DNA from: Acidobacteriota bacterium | GTDB lineage: Bacteria > Acidobacteriota > UBA6911 > JACQSX01 > JBPCNK01 | Assembly: GCA_051001345.1 (NCBI GenBank) | Contig: JBPCNK010000126.1 | Location: 1-50,397 of the forward strand | DNA length: 50,397 nt | Reading direction: 5' to 3' | Shown: positions 14,846 to 24,962 of the stretch, piece by piece | Numbering within the stretch: position 1 is the first letter of the stretch | Layout: every line of letters begins with the position of its first letter | Translations under genes and position numbers: made by a program | Notes under the pieces: model-generated | What the model saw: only the letters and a program-made list of their open reading frames with translations | What the model was told of the DNA's origin: nothing | Databases searched by the model: none

Positions 14846-16050
14846 AGCATCGACGATTGCTCATCGCCTCCGTCCTGGTTCTCGTATCGCTGCTGGCGGC
14901 AGCGGCCTGGTGGGTGAGCCGAGAGCGAGAGCGAAGTGCGGCGGTCGAAGTACCTCGTTCAATTTCTCCTCCCGCCAAAGCGTCTGTTCCTGCGGTGGTG
15001 GTTGTTCAACTGGATGGTGAATCCGCCAAGCGCGCCGAGATTCAGACGGCGGCTGTGGAGACGCGACCCGTCGCGCAGGAGATCCGGGCTCCAGGAACGG
15101 TCGAGCCGAACCAGTATCGCAATGTAACAGTTTCCAGCATCGTCGCCGGAACGGTCACGGCTGTCACGGCAAAACTGGGCGACTTCGTCGGCCGGGGCAG
15201 ATCCTTGGCGACGATTTCCAGTAAGGAGGTCGCAGAAGCACAAAGAGCGTACGTAACCGCCGCGGCTATGGTTGAAGCCGATCACAAGCGAGTGGTCCGG
15301 ACCGAGAAACTACTTGCCATTGGCGCGGCCAGCCGCCAGGAGCTGGAAGCCGTGCAAGCGGAGCACGCCGAGCACGCAAGCGAACTGGAGTCGGCGCGGG
15401 AGCGCCTGCTGCAGATGGGCATCAATGCGGCGACGATTGCGAAGTTGACCAGCGCGACGGCGATCGGCGCCGATATTTCGGTCGCATCTCCGATCGCGGG
15501 GACCGTACTCGAAAGGAAGATCAACCTCGGACAAGTCATTTCCGAGGGCGTCGAGATGTTTACGGTCACCGACCTTTCCACCGTTTGGGTGGTGGGGAAC
15601 CTCTATGAACAGAACTTCCGTGATGTTCGCATCGGATCGAGAGCACGGATCACGACCGTCGCTTATCCCGGTCGAAAATTCTATGGAAGAGTCAGTTACA
15701 TCGATCCCCAGGTCAATCCAGAGACGAGGACCAGCCGGGTCCGCGTCGAGGTGTCGAACCCGGCTGGGCGGTTTCGTCTCAATATGTTTGTCGAATTGAG
15801 CTTTGAAGGGAAAGGAGACGCCGTCGTCAGTGTCCCGGAGGAAGCGGTTCAGTTTGTCGGGGACCTAGCAGTTGTCTACCAGCCCGATCCGAAGATTGCG
15901 GGGACATTCCTGCAGAAACGGGTCGAGCTGGGCAACAAGGGCGCGGGTTTTTACGAAGTGTTGGGCGGTCTTCAGTCGGGCGGCCGAGTCGTCACCAAAG
16001 GGAGTTTCATATTGCGTTCAGAAAGTCTGAGGATGAATCCACAACAATGA
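14842..16050 (+). CDS. RND efflux periplasmic adaptor (CusB/CzcB family, system 1)
   Basis: 402 aa with a membrane anchor, coiled-coil region (QRAYVTAAAMVEADHKR...) and beta-barrel C-terminus. The 3' 478 nt are duplicated at 3421-3898. Confidence 0.85.
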   Translation: MKHRRLLIASVLVLVSLLAAAAWWVSRERERSAAVEVPRSISPPAKASVPAVVVVQLDGESAKRAEIQTAAVETRPVAQEIRAPGTVEPNQYRNVTVSSIVAGTVTAVTAKLGDFVGRGRSLATISSKEVAEAQRAYVTAAAMVEADHKRVVRTEKLLAIGAASRQELEAVQAEHAEHASELESARERLLQMGINAATIAKLTSATAIGADISVASPIAGTVLERKINLGQVISEGVEMFTVTDLSTVWVVGNLYEQNFRDVRIGSRARITTVAYPGRKFYGRVSYIDPQVNPETRTSRVRVEVSNPAGRFRLNMFVELSFEGKGDAVVSVPEEAVQFVGDLAVVYQPDPKIAGTFLQKRVELGNKGAGFYEVLGGLQSGGRVVTKGSFILRSESLRMNPQQ

Positions 16051-16075
16051 TTCGGGCGCCACAGTCGGAGAACCT

Positions 16076-16198
16076 ATGGGAGATATGATGCGTGGAATGT
16101 CGGGAATGATGGGCGGCATGATGGTGGCTTACTTGCTTGGCGTCATCGTGCTGGCGCTGTTGATCGTTTTCTTGGTGAAAGCGATCAGAAAGAAGTGA
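16076..16198 (+). CDS. 40-aa Met-rich membrane micro-protein (not in the ORF track)
   Basis: GGAGAA SD 5 nt upstream of the ATG. Translation: MGDMMRGMSGMMGGMMVAYLLGVIVLALLIVFLVKAIRKK, i.e. a Met-rich head, one TM helix and a basic tail. It lies 25 nt downstream of the adaptor stop. Confidence 0.45.
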   Translation: MGDMMRGMSGMMGGMMVAYLLGVIVLALLIVFLVKAIRKK

Positions 16199-16242
16199 AT
16201 CCATGAACCGGAGACCACCCCGGATGAAAGTTTGGGCGTGGG

Positions 16243-16290
16243 CCTGGGAACGCGCGCGTCTCGCGCGCCCGCGCTCCCAGGAAAGTATTT
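16243..16290 (+). terminator. GC-rich hairpin followed by a T-run (possible intrinsic terminator of system 1)
   Basis: CCTGGGAACGCGCGCG-TCT-CGCGCGCCCGCGCTCCCAGG followed by GAAAGTATTTT. The stem is imperfect. Confidence 0.4.
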
Positions 16291-16403
16291 TCATGGAGCG
16301 TTCATGAATCCGGGGATTCATCACCCGGGATGAAAATGGGGTGAGCCAGGGTAGACTATTGCGAAGTGCAGCCGCAGTTCAGCGCCGCGACCGAAGGGAG
16401 CTG

Positions 16404-16710
16404 GTCCGTTAATTGTGGCGCCGAACAAAAGCGCGGTCGCAAAAAAGCCGGGCACGTCAAGATTTTCTGGCGACTGGCGACTCTCTCGCGACTGGCGACT
16501 CGCGACTCTGAGGTACAATCAAAGCGAGATGCGGGGCTACGCAGCTATCTTTCTTGTACTGAGCATCGAGCTCGATCTTGGGCTTTGCCGTCTCCTGCGA
16601 CGATGACGCCTTCGCGTGTCAGCCACAGCAAAATCACTCAGCCGGGTATTCGAGACCCCCGCAACCGAACTCCTAATCACTAAACTGTGCGTAGGTATAA
16701 GGAATTCATC
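16404..16710 (+). repeat. Rep-A copy 3: small ORF truncated by an internal deletion
   Basis: Has the same blocks as copies 1 and 2. The small ORF reads MRGYAAIFLVLSIELDLGLCRLLRR and then stops. It ends with AAGGAATTCATC ATG of the next gene. Confidence 0.8.
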
Positions 16711-17667
16711 ATGAAAATACCGGTACTGCTCTGTGCAGTGGTCTTTCTCAGCTCGTGTCTGTTTGCTCAAACAGGGATCTCGCACTCCTTGAGTCTGCAG
16801 GAAGCCCAGACAATAGCACTGCGCGACAACCCACAGTTGAAGTCTCCGGCAGATGAAGTGAGAGTCAAGCAGGCTGATGTTGTTTCGGCCGCAATGAGAC
16901 TCAATCCCGTCTTCAGTTTCGATGGCGATGGTATCAGGCGCCTAACGTGTTTGAGCGGCTTTGATTTTCCTGCAGCGACCGCGTACGGTTCGCCCAGTGC
17001 GAGGCCAGGTGCGTTTCCGAGTTCGGCGCCCCAGCCCGTCGTTGCGCTGCCGACCAAGCCTGGAAGCCACGGTTTCCAGTGGACACCGGCGCTGCGGCAA
17101 TCGCTGCTCTTCCTTGGGCTGCAGCACGGCTACATGCTGACCGAAGAAAAAACCCAGCGAGAGTTGGGCGGTCCCTTTTTTAGGGACTACTTCCGTTCCC
17201 TCTCTCATCTCAAGGGCTGGAAAGACGGCGGGCGCCAGTTTACAAATTACTTGGCACACCCCATGCAAGGATCGTTCTATGGTTTTATCCAGGTGCACAA
17301 CGACCCACACGGCATTAGCCAGGCCTTCGGGCCCTCGGCCCCATATTGGAAGAGCCGCTTGAAAGCGCTGGCATGGAGCGCTGCCTGGAGCACTCAATTT
17401 GAATTGGGACCACTTAGCCAAGCATCGGTCGGCAATGTTGGCTTGCACAAGCGGAAGCTGACGTATGTCGATCTGGTGATCACTCCCACGCTGGGTACAG
17501 CATTACTGATTAGTGAGGATGCCTTGGATCATTACGTGACGCGCTGGGTTGAACGCACGACCGGCAAGAAACTTGTCATAAATTCGGTCAGAGTTCTCCT
17601 GAATCCAACACGAAGCTGCGCCAATATGATTCGGTTCAGGACACCTTGGCATCGGGATCGTAAGTAA
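16711..17667 (+). CDS. Chimeric secreted protein, paralog of 341..1291
   Basis: MKIPVLLCAVVFLSSCLFAQTGISHSLSLQEAQTIALRDNPQLKS...NPVFSFDGDGIRRL, then the same unknown C-terminal domain. It is near-identical to copy 1 apart from a short variable linker. Confidence 0.6.
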   Translation: MKIPVLLCAVVFLSSCLFAQTGISHSLSLQEAQTIALRDNPQLKSPADEVRVKQADVVSAAMRLNPVFSFDGDGIRRLTCLSGFDFPAATAYGSPSARPGAFPSSAPQPVVALPTKPGSHGFQWTPALRQSLLFLGLQHGYMLTEEKTQRELGGPFFRDYFRSLSHLKGWKDGGRQFTNYLAHPMQGSFYGFIQVHNDPHGISQAFGPSAPYWKSRLKALAWSAAWSTQFELGPLSQASVGNVGLHKRKLTYVDLVITPTLGTALLISEDALDHYVTRWVERTTGKKLVINSVRVLLNPTRSCANMIRFRTPWHRDRK

Positions 17668-17692
17668 CGAGTGATTGGCCTTTCGAGCCAGA

Positions 17693-17940
17693 ACCGTCCG
17701 CCCTTTTCTTTCGTGTCCTGAGCGGGGATCGCGCCCTCACAACAGATCCTTGCCTTTAAAGGCTTTCCGACTCTCGGGTTTGAGCGCCTTTAGATCGGCG
17801 TCTACAAATCTCGCTTGTTCCCGAGATTCTCACCTGCATTTTTTCACCTACAGATCGATCTGCCCACGCCCACGTATTTGCATCCTTTGAAAAACCGTTC
17901 CGCTTGACCGCCGCAATGATTCGTTCCATCTGGACGCCCC
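17693..17940 (-). pseudogene. Decayed partial copy of the HMA-domain gene 6528..7043
   Basis: Nucleotide similarity to 6565-6830. A fragment translation, MERIIAAVKRNGFS.KDAN...GEKMQVRISGTSEI, matches MEQIIAAVKRNGFSPKDAN...GERMHVRISGTNEI. It has frame breaks and no N-terminal part. Confidence 0.7.
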
Positions 17941-18122
17941 GCGGTCTTAGGGAATGTCGCAAAGCCCTACTCTGACAGAGGGTTGGAATCAGCCAGGCGG
18001 CCGGCCGCCGCAGCAGAATGTGACAGAGATATCGTCTCACGTTAAGCACGTTGTGACGGAGGTCAGATAGCATTCATTCTGCGACCAAAACGGTGCGCCA
18101 GAAAAACGGGCGGGGGTGACAG

Positions 18123-20175
18123 GTGCCAAACACTTTGAAAACGATTGTGGCCGGATCCGCGCTGCTTTTCTTGACGGCGGCAGCCGGCCTGGTCCAGGGA
18201 CAGCAGGCCGCGCAGTCACAGCCGCGCGGAACCATCTCTGGAGTCGTGCTCGACGTGTCCAGTGGCAACGTCCAGCGGGGCGCCAAGGTGACCGTCGTCG
18301 ACGGACAAGCTGCGGCCGAGAGCGACATGGACGGTCTATATAGTATCGAAGTACCCGCCGGCCGCTACGATTTGCACGTGAGCCACGTCGGCTTCATCGA
18401 CCTGAAGATTCAAAACGTGAGGGTCAAAGCCGGCGAGATCACTTACCAGGACGTGGCGCTCAACTCGGTCAACGCCAGCCTGGGCTCGGTCACCGTCGTA
18501 GCCGAAGCCGAAACCGCCTCGGAAGTGGCGTTGCTGTCTGAGAGGAAAAATGCCGCCGTGGTGACCGACAACATCGGCGCCCAGGAGATCTCAAAGACTC
18601 CCGGCTCGGACGCGGCCGACGTGATGGCCCGTGTGACGGGCGTCTCCATCGTCGATGGGAAATACGTCTACGTAAGGGGCCTGGGCGAGCGCTACAGCAG
18701 CACGATGCTCAACGGCGCTATCATCCCGACCACGCAGCCCGATAAGAGGGTCGTGCCGCTGGACCTGTTTCCTTCGAGCCTGCTGGAGAATATCCGAACG
18801 GAGAAGACGTACTCTCCCGATCAGCCCGGTGAATTCTCGGCTGGCCTCGTCAAGCTCGAGACTAGCGACTTCCCGAGGAAGGCCATGCTGAAACTGTCAT
18901 TCCAGCAAGGCTTCCATAGCAATACCACCTTCAAGGATTTCAGCACCTACCGCGGCGGCGCGCATGACTGGATCGGCTTTGACAACGGCACGCGATCGCT
19001 GCCGGCTTTGATTCCGTCCCAGAGGGTCGTTCCCTTCAGCCCGTTTACGAAGCGCGGCTTCACACCCGAGCAAATCGAGAGTTTCGGCCAAGCATTTCCC
19101 AATGTCTGGGACCCCGCCGTCAAGCAGGCGCCGCCGAACCAGAGCTTCAATCTATTCGCCGGTAACACCTTCGGAGAGCTGGGGCTGGCCTTTTCGCTGG
19201 CGCACGCCAACCAGTTTGAGAACCAGGCTGAGCGGCAAAATATCTACACGGTGTCGAGCGGACAACTGGACCCGCTGGCGTTTCATCGGCGGGGGCCGTT
19301 TGGAGGCCTCTAATCAGAACGTGGCGACCTTCGACCTCTTCAATGTCAACGTGACGCCGGTGGTATCGCGCCTCGGCAACACCGACTTCCTTCCGTCGCT
19401 CAGTGCGATTTACAAAATCAACGGCTCGATGAACCTTCGTGGGGCCTACAGCCGTACGCTCAACCGGCCCGAGTTCCGGGAGCTGGCGCCGTTCGATTTT
19501 ACCGACGTGGTGGGAGGCCGGTCGATCATAGGAACTCCAGACCTGGTGCGGGCGCGGATCCAAAACTATGACGCCCGCTGGGAGTGGTTCGTCAGCGCAG
19601 CCGAGCTTGTAGCTGTGAGCTATTTTTTCAAGAGCTTCAAGGATCCGATCGAACGTGTCGTCGAGCCCACAGCGGCGCTCCGGACCTCCTTCCGCAACGC
19701 CCAAGGCGCCCGCAACCAGGGAGTCGAGATGGAGGTCCGCAAGCATCTTGGACGGGGCTTTCTGATCGCGTCGAATTACACGTTCGTGGATTCCGAGATT
19801 GAGTTGCGGCCCGAGGCCTTGAACGTCGCCACTTCCAAAAAGCGGCCTCTTGCCGGACAGTCGCGCCACCTCTTCAACGGCATCGTCGAGTACCGCCACT
19901 CCGGCTCGGGACCGCTGACACGGCTGTTGTTCAACTATATCGGCAGCCGGATCGCCGACGTTGGCGCATTCGGATTGCCGGACATTTTGGAGGATGGATA
20001 TCCGCAGTTGGATTTTCTGGTGAATGTCCCGCTGGGAGAGTCCGGCTGGGCCCTGAAGTTCAGCGCGGAAAACCTGCTGGACAGAGAAAAGCGTTTCAGC
20101 CAGGGAGGGTTGCCCCACCGGGTCTTCAGGGACGGGCGTACGTTCAAGGCTGGCCTCGCGATGTCGTTCTTTTAG
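18123..20175 (+). pseudogene. TonB-dependent receptor (CarboxypepD_reg-like N-terminus plus plug) with a frame break and probably an internal deletion
   Basis: ORF 18123..19313 carries GTISGVVLDVSSGNVQRGAKVTV and the plug (VYVRGLGERYSSTMLNG...DKRVVPLDLFPS). The barrel C-terminus (WRFIGGGRLE...NRPEFRELAPF...TFKAGLAMSFF) is in the +1 frame in ORF 19102..20175. The switch lies near 19265-19285. Confidence 0.7.
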
Positions 20176-20295
20176 CCGTTTTTTTGGGAAAGGCCCGGCA
20201 CGTAAACGCGCCGGGTATCGGGATCCCGGAACCGGGATCGGATTTTCACTGTTGAAGCACTGCCGGATCAATCTGGCTTGATGAGGAGAAAAGTC

Positions 20296-22057
20296 ATGCG
20301 TAAACGTTCCGTAGGGAGTGTACTGCTGCTGCTTAGTTGCGCGCTGATCACGTTGACGGCGGCAAGGAATTCACCGGACCAGGCCGGGGTGTCTTTGGCA
20401 GTCCTCAACGATATCGCCACAGGGCCCAAGCCTGCCATTTATCTTCGAACCGACAAGACGGCTTACACGCCGGGGGAGAACCTCACGCTGACAGTTACCA
20501 TCGACGCCAGCGGTGTGCTGCAGCCGAAAACCTTCTTTCTGTATCGCATCAACCAACAGACCGGAGAGGTCCGTTACATCAATACTGCTGGCGGCCTGCT
20601 GCCCGCGGGGACGATCACGGACCTGTTCGGGAACAGCTCGAATTTCCCGAGTTATAACGTCCCGACGGTGAGCAACGTGAACTTGTTTGGCGCGTCCGGC
20701 TTTACCGGGGCGGCCCTAGCCGTGCCGGCTGGCCAGACCGGCACGTATCAGTTCGTTTTTGAATTCCGCGATGTGACTGGCCAGCGCGTCTTTGCCCGCT
20801 CCAACACCTTGTATGCCCATGTAGAAGCCATCGATGTGGTGACCGGAAACATTACGGCCAGCCGAACTTTCAGCTCCAATCGCGCATACGCTTTGAGTGG
20901 AGCCGTTTTCGTAAAGACCGGCGCGACCCTGACAATCGAGCCGGGTACGTTCGTCTACGGCGACACGGCCAGTCAGGGCACACTAGTGGTCGAGCAAGGC
21001 GCCAAGATTGTCGCTGCGGGAACGCCGGGCCGCCCGATCATCCTTAGCAGCGGCCAACCGGTGGGTAGCCGGCGGCGCGGTGACTGGGGCGGATTGATTA
21101 TCAGCGGCCGCGCGCCGCTGAACGTTCCTGGAGGGACGGCCATCGGCGAGGGCGGGACCGGCACGTACGGGGGGACCGACCCGAACGACAGCAGCGGCGT
21201 CCTGCGTTACGTCCGGGTCGAGTTCGCCGGGATCCGCTTCAGCCCGGACAACGAGCTCAACGGCATCGCCTTCCAGGCGGTCGGCAAAGGGGACCGTCGT
21301 CGAGTACTGCCAGGTGCACTTCAATCTGGACGACAGTTTCGAGTTTTTCGGCGGCACCGTCGACGCTCGCTATCTGCTTTCGACATTTTCCGGCGATGAC
21401 AACTTCGACTGGACGCAGGGTTGGAACGGCCGCGGACAGTTCTGGGTTGCGCTGCAAAAGGGAGACGACGGAGACAAAGGGATTGAGGCCGACAACAACA
21501 CCAACAACCGTGACCTCGAGCCTCGCTCCAATCCCACCATCTACAACGTCACGCTGATCGGCGCACCGACAACCACCGACGGAAGCAACAGCGATCGCGG
21601 CGTGATGCTGCGCGAGGGGACGGCCGCCAAACTCTATAACGTCATCGTGACCGGTTTCAAGAACGTGGGCGTCGAAATCGACCACAGCGCGACCTTCGCG
21701 CAAGCACAGAACGGGAATCTGATCTTCAACAACTCCCTTTTCTTCGGCAACGGCGCGGTAGGCAACCGCGGCAATTTCTCGAAGGACGCCTCGGAAACCC
21801 CGGCGCCGCCCTTCACGACCGAGAACCACCTGACCGTCCGGATGGACCGCAATCGGGAGGCGGACCCGCTGCTGCGTTCGCCGTATTCGCTGCTGAGTCC
21901 GGACTTCCGTCCCGCTCTCGAGTCCCCCGCCCGGAATCTCCACTATGTCCGGACGACACCCGATGATGGCTTTTTCACACGCGTTGACTTCATCGGAGGC
22001 GTCGATCCGCTCAGTGATTGGACGCAGATGGGCTGGACCACGTTTTCTCCAAACTGA
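20296..22057 (+). pseudogene. TBDR-associated lipoprotein of unknown function, split by a +1 frameshift in a G4 run
   Basis: GAGGAG SD and lipobox LLLLSC. ORF 20278..21399 ends ...NGIAFQAVGKG. Removing one G from GGGG (21289-21292) gives AVGKGTVVEYCQVHFNLDDSFEFFGGTV, which joins ORF 21314..22057. Confidence 0.65.
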
Positions 22058-22063
22058 GGACCC

Positions 22064-22606
22064 ATGCGCCGGCTCAGAATACTTTTCTCGATAGCGACAC
22101 TGACGATGACGTTTGCGGCGATCCCGCAAGCGTCGGGAGGCGGCGGCGCCTCGCCGGGCAGCGGTGGTTTGCGGCTGGCGGGCTCGCAGCCGACGCTGCG
22201 CGCCTTGGGCGAAAGGTACTTGATGGCCCTGGCGGCGCGGACAGACGATGCCAGGGCGATCCAGGCCCTGGCGGTCACGCGTCAGGAGTGGAGTCTGTTT
22301 GTCTGGCCGAAACTGCCGGCAAGCCGCCCGCAGGCGAATTTTCCGCCCGACTTTGTGTGGCAGCAGATGTACCTGCGGAGCATGTCCGAACTCGAACACA
22401 TTCTTCGGGCGCACGCCGGGACGCGGTATGAATTGGTGGACCTGCGCTTTACGGGAGAGACCACCGACTTCGGGACGTTCAAGATCCACAGTGGAAGTTT
22501 ATTGAGAGTGAAGGCCCCGAACGGAGAGGAACAAGAATTGAGGCTGTTCGGCTCGGTCCTGGAAATGAAGGGACGTTTCAAGATTTTCAGTTTTGTCCGC
22601 CGGTGA
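22064..22606 (+). CDS. Hypothetical secreted protein
   Basis: 180-aa ORF with signal-like MRRLRILFSIATLTMTFAAIPQA. It is tightly packed after the lipoprotein gene. No family was recognised. Confidence 0.5.
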   Translation: MRRLRILFSIATLTMTFAAIPQASGGGGASPGSGGLRLAGSQPTLRALGERYLMALAARTDDARAIQALAVTRQEWSLFVWPKLPASRPQANFPPDFVWQQMYLRSMSELEHILRAHAGTRYELVDLRFTGETTDFGTFKIHSGSLLRVKAPNGEEQELRLFGSVLEMKGRFKIFSFVRR

Positions 22607-22638
22607 CGTACCGGCCGTTGATATTGAGGAGATTTCGC

Positions 22639-23391
22639 ATGATTCGAAGGGGCATTCTGTTCGCATTTCTGCTGGGAGTCGGCGCCTCGGCTGCGCTGGC
22701 GCAGCCCAAGACGATTCTGATCCCGCAGCTGGCCCACGGCCAGGGCAACGTCTCGGAAATTTTGTTCATCAATCTGACGAATACGACCAACCTGATCGAC
22801 GTGCGGACCTATGACAACAGCGGAGCACCGATCAACCTGCTTTCGAACTTTTCTTCGCCCCTGGGTCAGGGGGCAACGGCGGTTTCAGCCTCGGGAGTGG
22901 AACTGGCCGGTCTCGGAATCGCCTTTCTCCGCACGGCCAGCGCAGCCCCCAACACTTTGCAGATTGCGTGGGCTGAAGTCTCTTCTTCCGGTCCGGTCGC
23001 CGTCGAGATCGTCATCAGTATTCTCGACGCCAACCAGAAACTGCTCAGTGCGACGAGCGTGCTGCCTCAGCCCCTGACGGCAGCCTTCTCTTTCGCTACG
23101 GTTTTTTCGCAGACGGTCGGGACCGGCGTCGCCCTGGTCAATCCGAAGACGAGCCTTCAATCCGCCAACATTCGGTTGCGCCTGTTCGATCGTTTCGGTC
23201 AGTTTCTGGGAGAGCAGACCGTGACGCTGGCCCCTGGAGGTAAGACCTCGAGGTTCGTGCACGAATTGTTCACCGGTCTTTCGAACTTTGCCGGGAGCGT
23301 GGATGTCCGTTCCGATGTCCCGGTGGGTGTGATGGTGCTGCGCGTCGAGGGGCTCCATCTGACGACGCAACAACTGCTGCCGCCTCGCTGA
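22639..23391 (+). CDS. Hypothetical secreted protein
   Basis: GAGGAG SD before ATG 22639, and signal peptide MIRRGILFAFLLGVGASAALAQ. Beta-rich composition. No family was recognised. Confidence 0.5.
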   Translation: MIRRGILFAFLLGVGASAALAQPKTILIPQLAHGQGNVSEILFINLTNTTNLIDVRTYDNSGAPINLLSNFSSPLGQGATAVSASGVELAGLGIAFLRTASAAPNTLQIAWAEVSSSGPVAVEIVISILDANQKLLSATSVLPQPLTAAFSFATVFSQTVGTGVALVNPKTSLQSANIRLRLFDRFGQFLGEQTVTLAPGGKTSRFVHELFTGLSNFAGSVDVRSDVPVGVMVLRVEGLHLTTQQLLPPR

Positions 23392-23411
23392 TGTTTCGCG
23401 TCATAAGCAAG

Positions 23412-24332
23412 TTAGAATCGCTCCGATCCGCTCCCCCCATGCCCGAATTGGAATAGTTCGGGATGGATCAACTCGGCCAGAATTTCCAGTGATTCGGCCA
23501 GTCGGGGGCCGGGGCGATTGAAGTACTGATTGCCGTCTGCGACATAGACGCGTCCGTTGTGCACGGCATCCAGTGAGGCCCACTCAGGTTTCCGCTCCAA
23601 GCCTCTGAGCGCCTCGCGCGAGCGCTCAATATCCCACCCGCACGGCAAAGCAAGGATGATATCGGGGTTGCTTGCGACAAGCTCCTCCCAGTTCATCCAT
23701 GGCGAGTGTTGTCCGCTGCGGCCAAACAAGTTGACGCCGCCTGCCATCTCCACCAGCTCCGGCATCCAGTTGCCGGCAGCCATCAATGGCTCGATCCACT
23801 CGATGCAGGCAATCGTGGGACGTTCCGTCACCGTCCGCGTTACGCGTTGGATGCGTTCCATCCGTTGCCTGAGTGCCGCCACCAAAGCGGCGCCCGCCGC
23901 CTGTGCTTCCAGCGCTTCAGCGACGCGGGCAATGTCGCTCCATACATCTTCCAGCGAGTTCGGCTCGAGAGAAACAATGCGCGGCTTGCTGCCAAGCCAG
24001 TCACAAACGGCGCGCTCCACGTCGCTCAGACTTGCAGCGCAAACCTGGCACTGCGACTGAGTGATGATCACGTCTGGCCCCAGGCGTTGGAGCTGTTCGG
24101 CGTCGACGCGATAAACGGACAATCCTTCCTGGAGAAGCGCCTTGACGCGCTGGTCGATCTGGTAGCTGGTTCCTTCGATGTTGAATTTCGGCGCCGTGCA
24201 AATCGGAAGGCCTTTGACTGACGCAGGAAAGTCGCACTCGTGGGAGCGCCCCACAAGCCGGCTTTCCAATCCAAGGGCGCACACAATCTCCGTGCTGCTG
24301 GCAATCAGCGAAACGACTCGATCCGGCGGCAT
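23412..24332 (-). CDS. BtuF/FecB-type periplasmic-binding-fold protein (cobalamin-binding-protein-like), no signal peptide
   Basis: 306 aa. RVVSLIASSTEIVCALGL...LVGRSHECDFP, DVIITQ and DIILALPCG are typical of the class III substrate-binding fold. Confidence 0.6.
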   Translation of the reverse strand: MPPDRVVSLIASSTEIVCALGLESRLVGRSHECDFPASVKGLPICTAPKFNIEGTSYQIDQRVKALLQEGLSVYRVDAEQLQRLGPDVIITQSQCQVCAASLSDVERAVCDWLGSKPRIVSLEPNSLEDVWSDIARVAEALEAQAAGAALVAALRQRMERIQRVTRTVTERPTIACIEWIEPLMAAGNWMPELVEMAGGVNLFGRSGQHSPWMNWEELVASNPDIILALPCGWDIERSREALRGLERKPEWASLDAVHNGRVYVADGNQYFNRPGPRLAESLEILAELIHPELFQFGHGGSGSERF

Positions 24333-24422
24333 GCCCGAAAATTACCACAAAGGCACGCCGTCACAAAGCAGTGCTACGGTGCAGGAAACTCGGGATGAGT
24401 TATGCGGTCTGAGAACGTGACC

Positions 24423-24951
24423 TTACAGCAGCAGCGCTCGATAGTTTATGGCGATCAGCGCCAGGCCGAGGCAGAACACGGCGTACCCGAATCCCTGCTG
24501 GAGAGCGGGCGAGGACAGCTGCCTGCCCAGTTTGGAGCCGGCATACGCTCCTGCGGCAGAGGCCAGGATGAATAGAGCCGTGAGGCGGACTGGGAGATTG
24601 CCCTCCATCCACAAGTGGCTCCACAACCCGGAAAACGAATTGACGGTAATGACGATCAGCGACGTGCCGACCGCAGTCCGCATGGTGACCCCGGCGAAGA
24701 GCACCAAAGCGGGAACAATCAGGAAACCTCCGCCGACGCCGAGAAACCCGGTGATCAGGCCCACGCCGGACCCGGCCAGCAACAGAAGGATCGAATACGT
24801 CGGCCCGCTGGGCGATTTGCGCAAGCGGAACCAGAATCGACCCGGCGATGTGCTCGGCATTGAATTCGGCAGGCTCACGGACGTCAATCAGCTTCAGTCG
24901 TTCTCCCGAGTCAATCATTTTTCTCAATTCGGAAACGCTACATTGGTTCAT
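24423..24951 (-). pseudogene. Deletion-fused remnant: rhodanese N-terminal half joined out of frame to a TauE/SafE half
   Basis: From ATG 24951: MNQCSVSELRKMIDSGERLKLIDVREPAEFNAEHIAGS, with no catalytic Cys loop. From about 24800, in another frame: LLLLAGSGVGLITGFLGVGGGFLIVPALVLFAGVTMRTAVGTSL... to the stop at 24423. Confidence 0.55.
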
Positions 24952-24962
24952 TGTTGAATACC

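Noticed and set aside
17950-18122. Possible cobalamin riboswitch or Fur/Zur box upstream of the TonB-dependent receptor (GATAGCATTCATTCTG, and the BtuF-like gene nearby)
   Set aside because: I could not find the B12-box or GCCACTG core, nor a convincing 19-bp Fur palindrome, by eye. The evidence is too weak to report. A covariance-model scan would be needed.
19147-20271. 374-aa minus-strand ORF antisense to the TonB-dependent receptor. Similar long antisense ORFs lie at 21257..22489, 36421..37245, 9758..10795 and 1394..2083.
   Set aside because: These are typical high-GC shadow ORFs. They have Arg/Gly/Pro/Ala-rich low-complexity translations and no motifs. Each is fully overlapped by a recognisable gene on the other strand.
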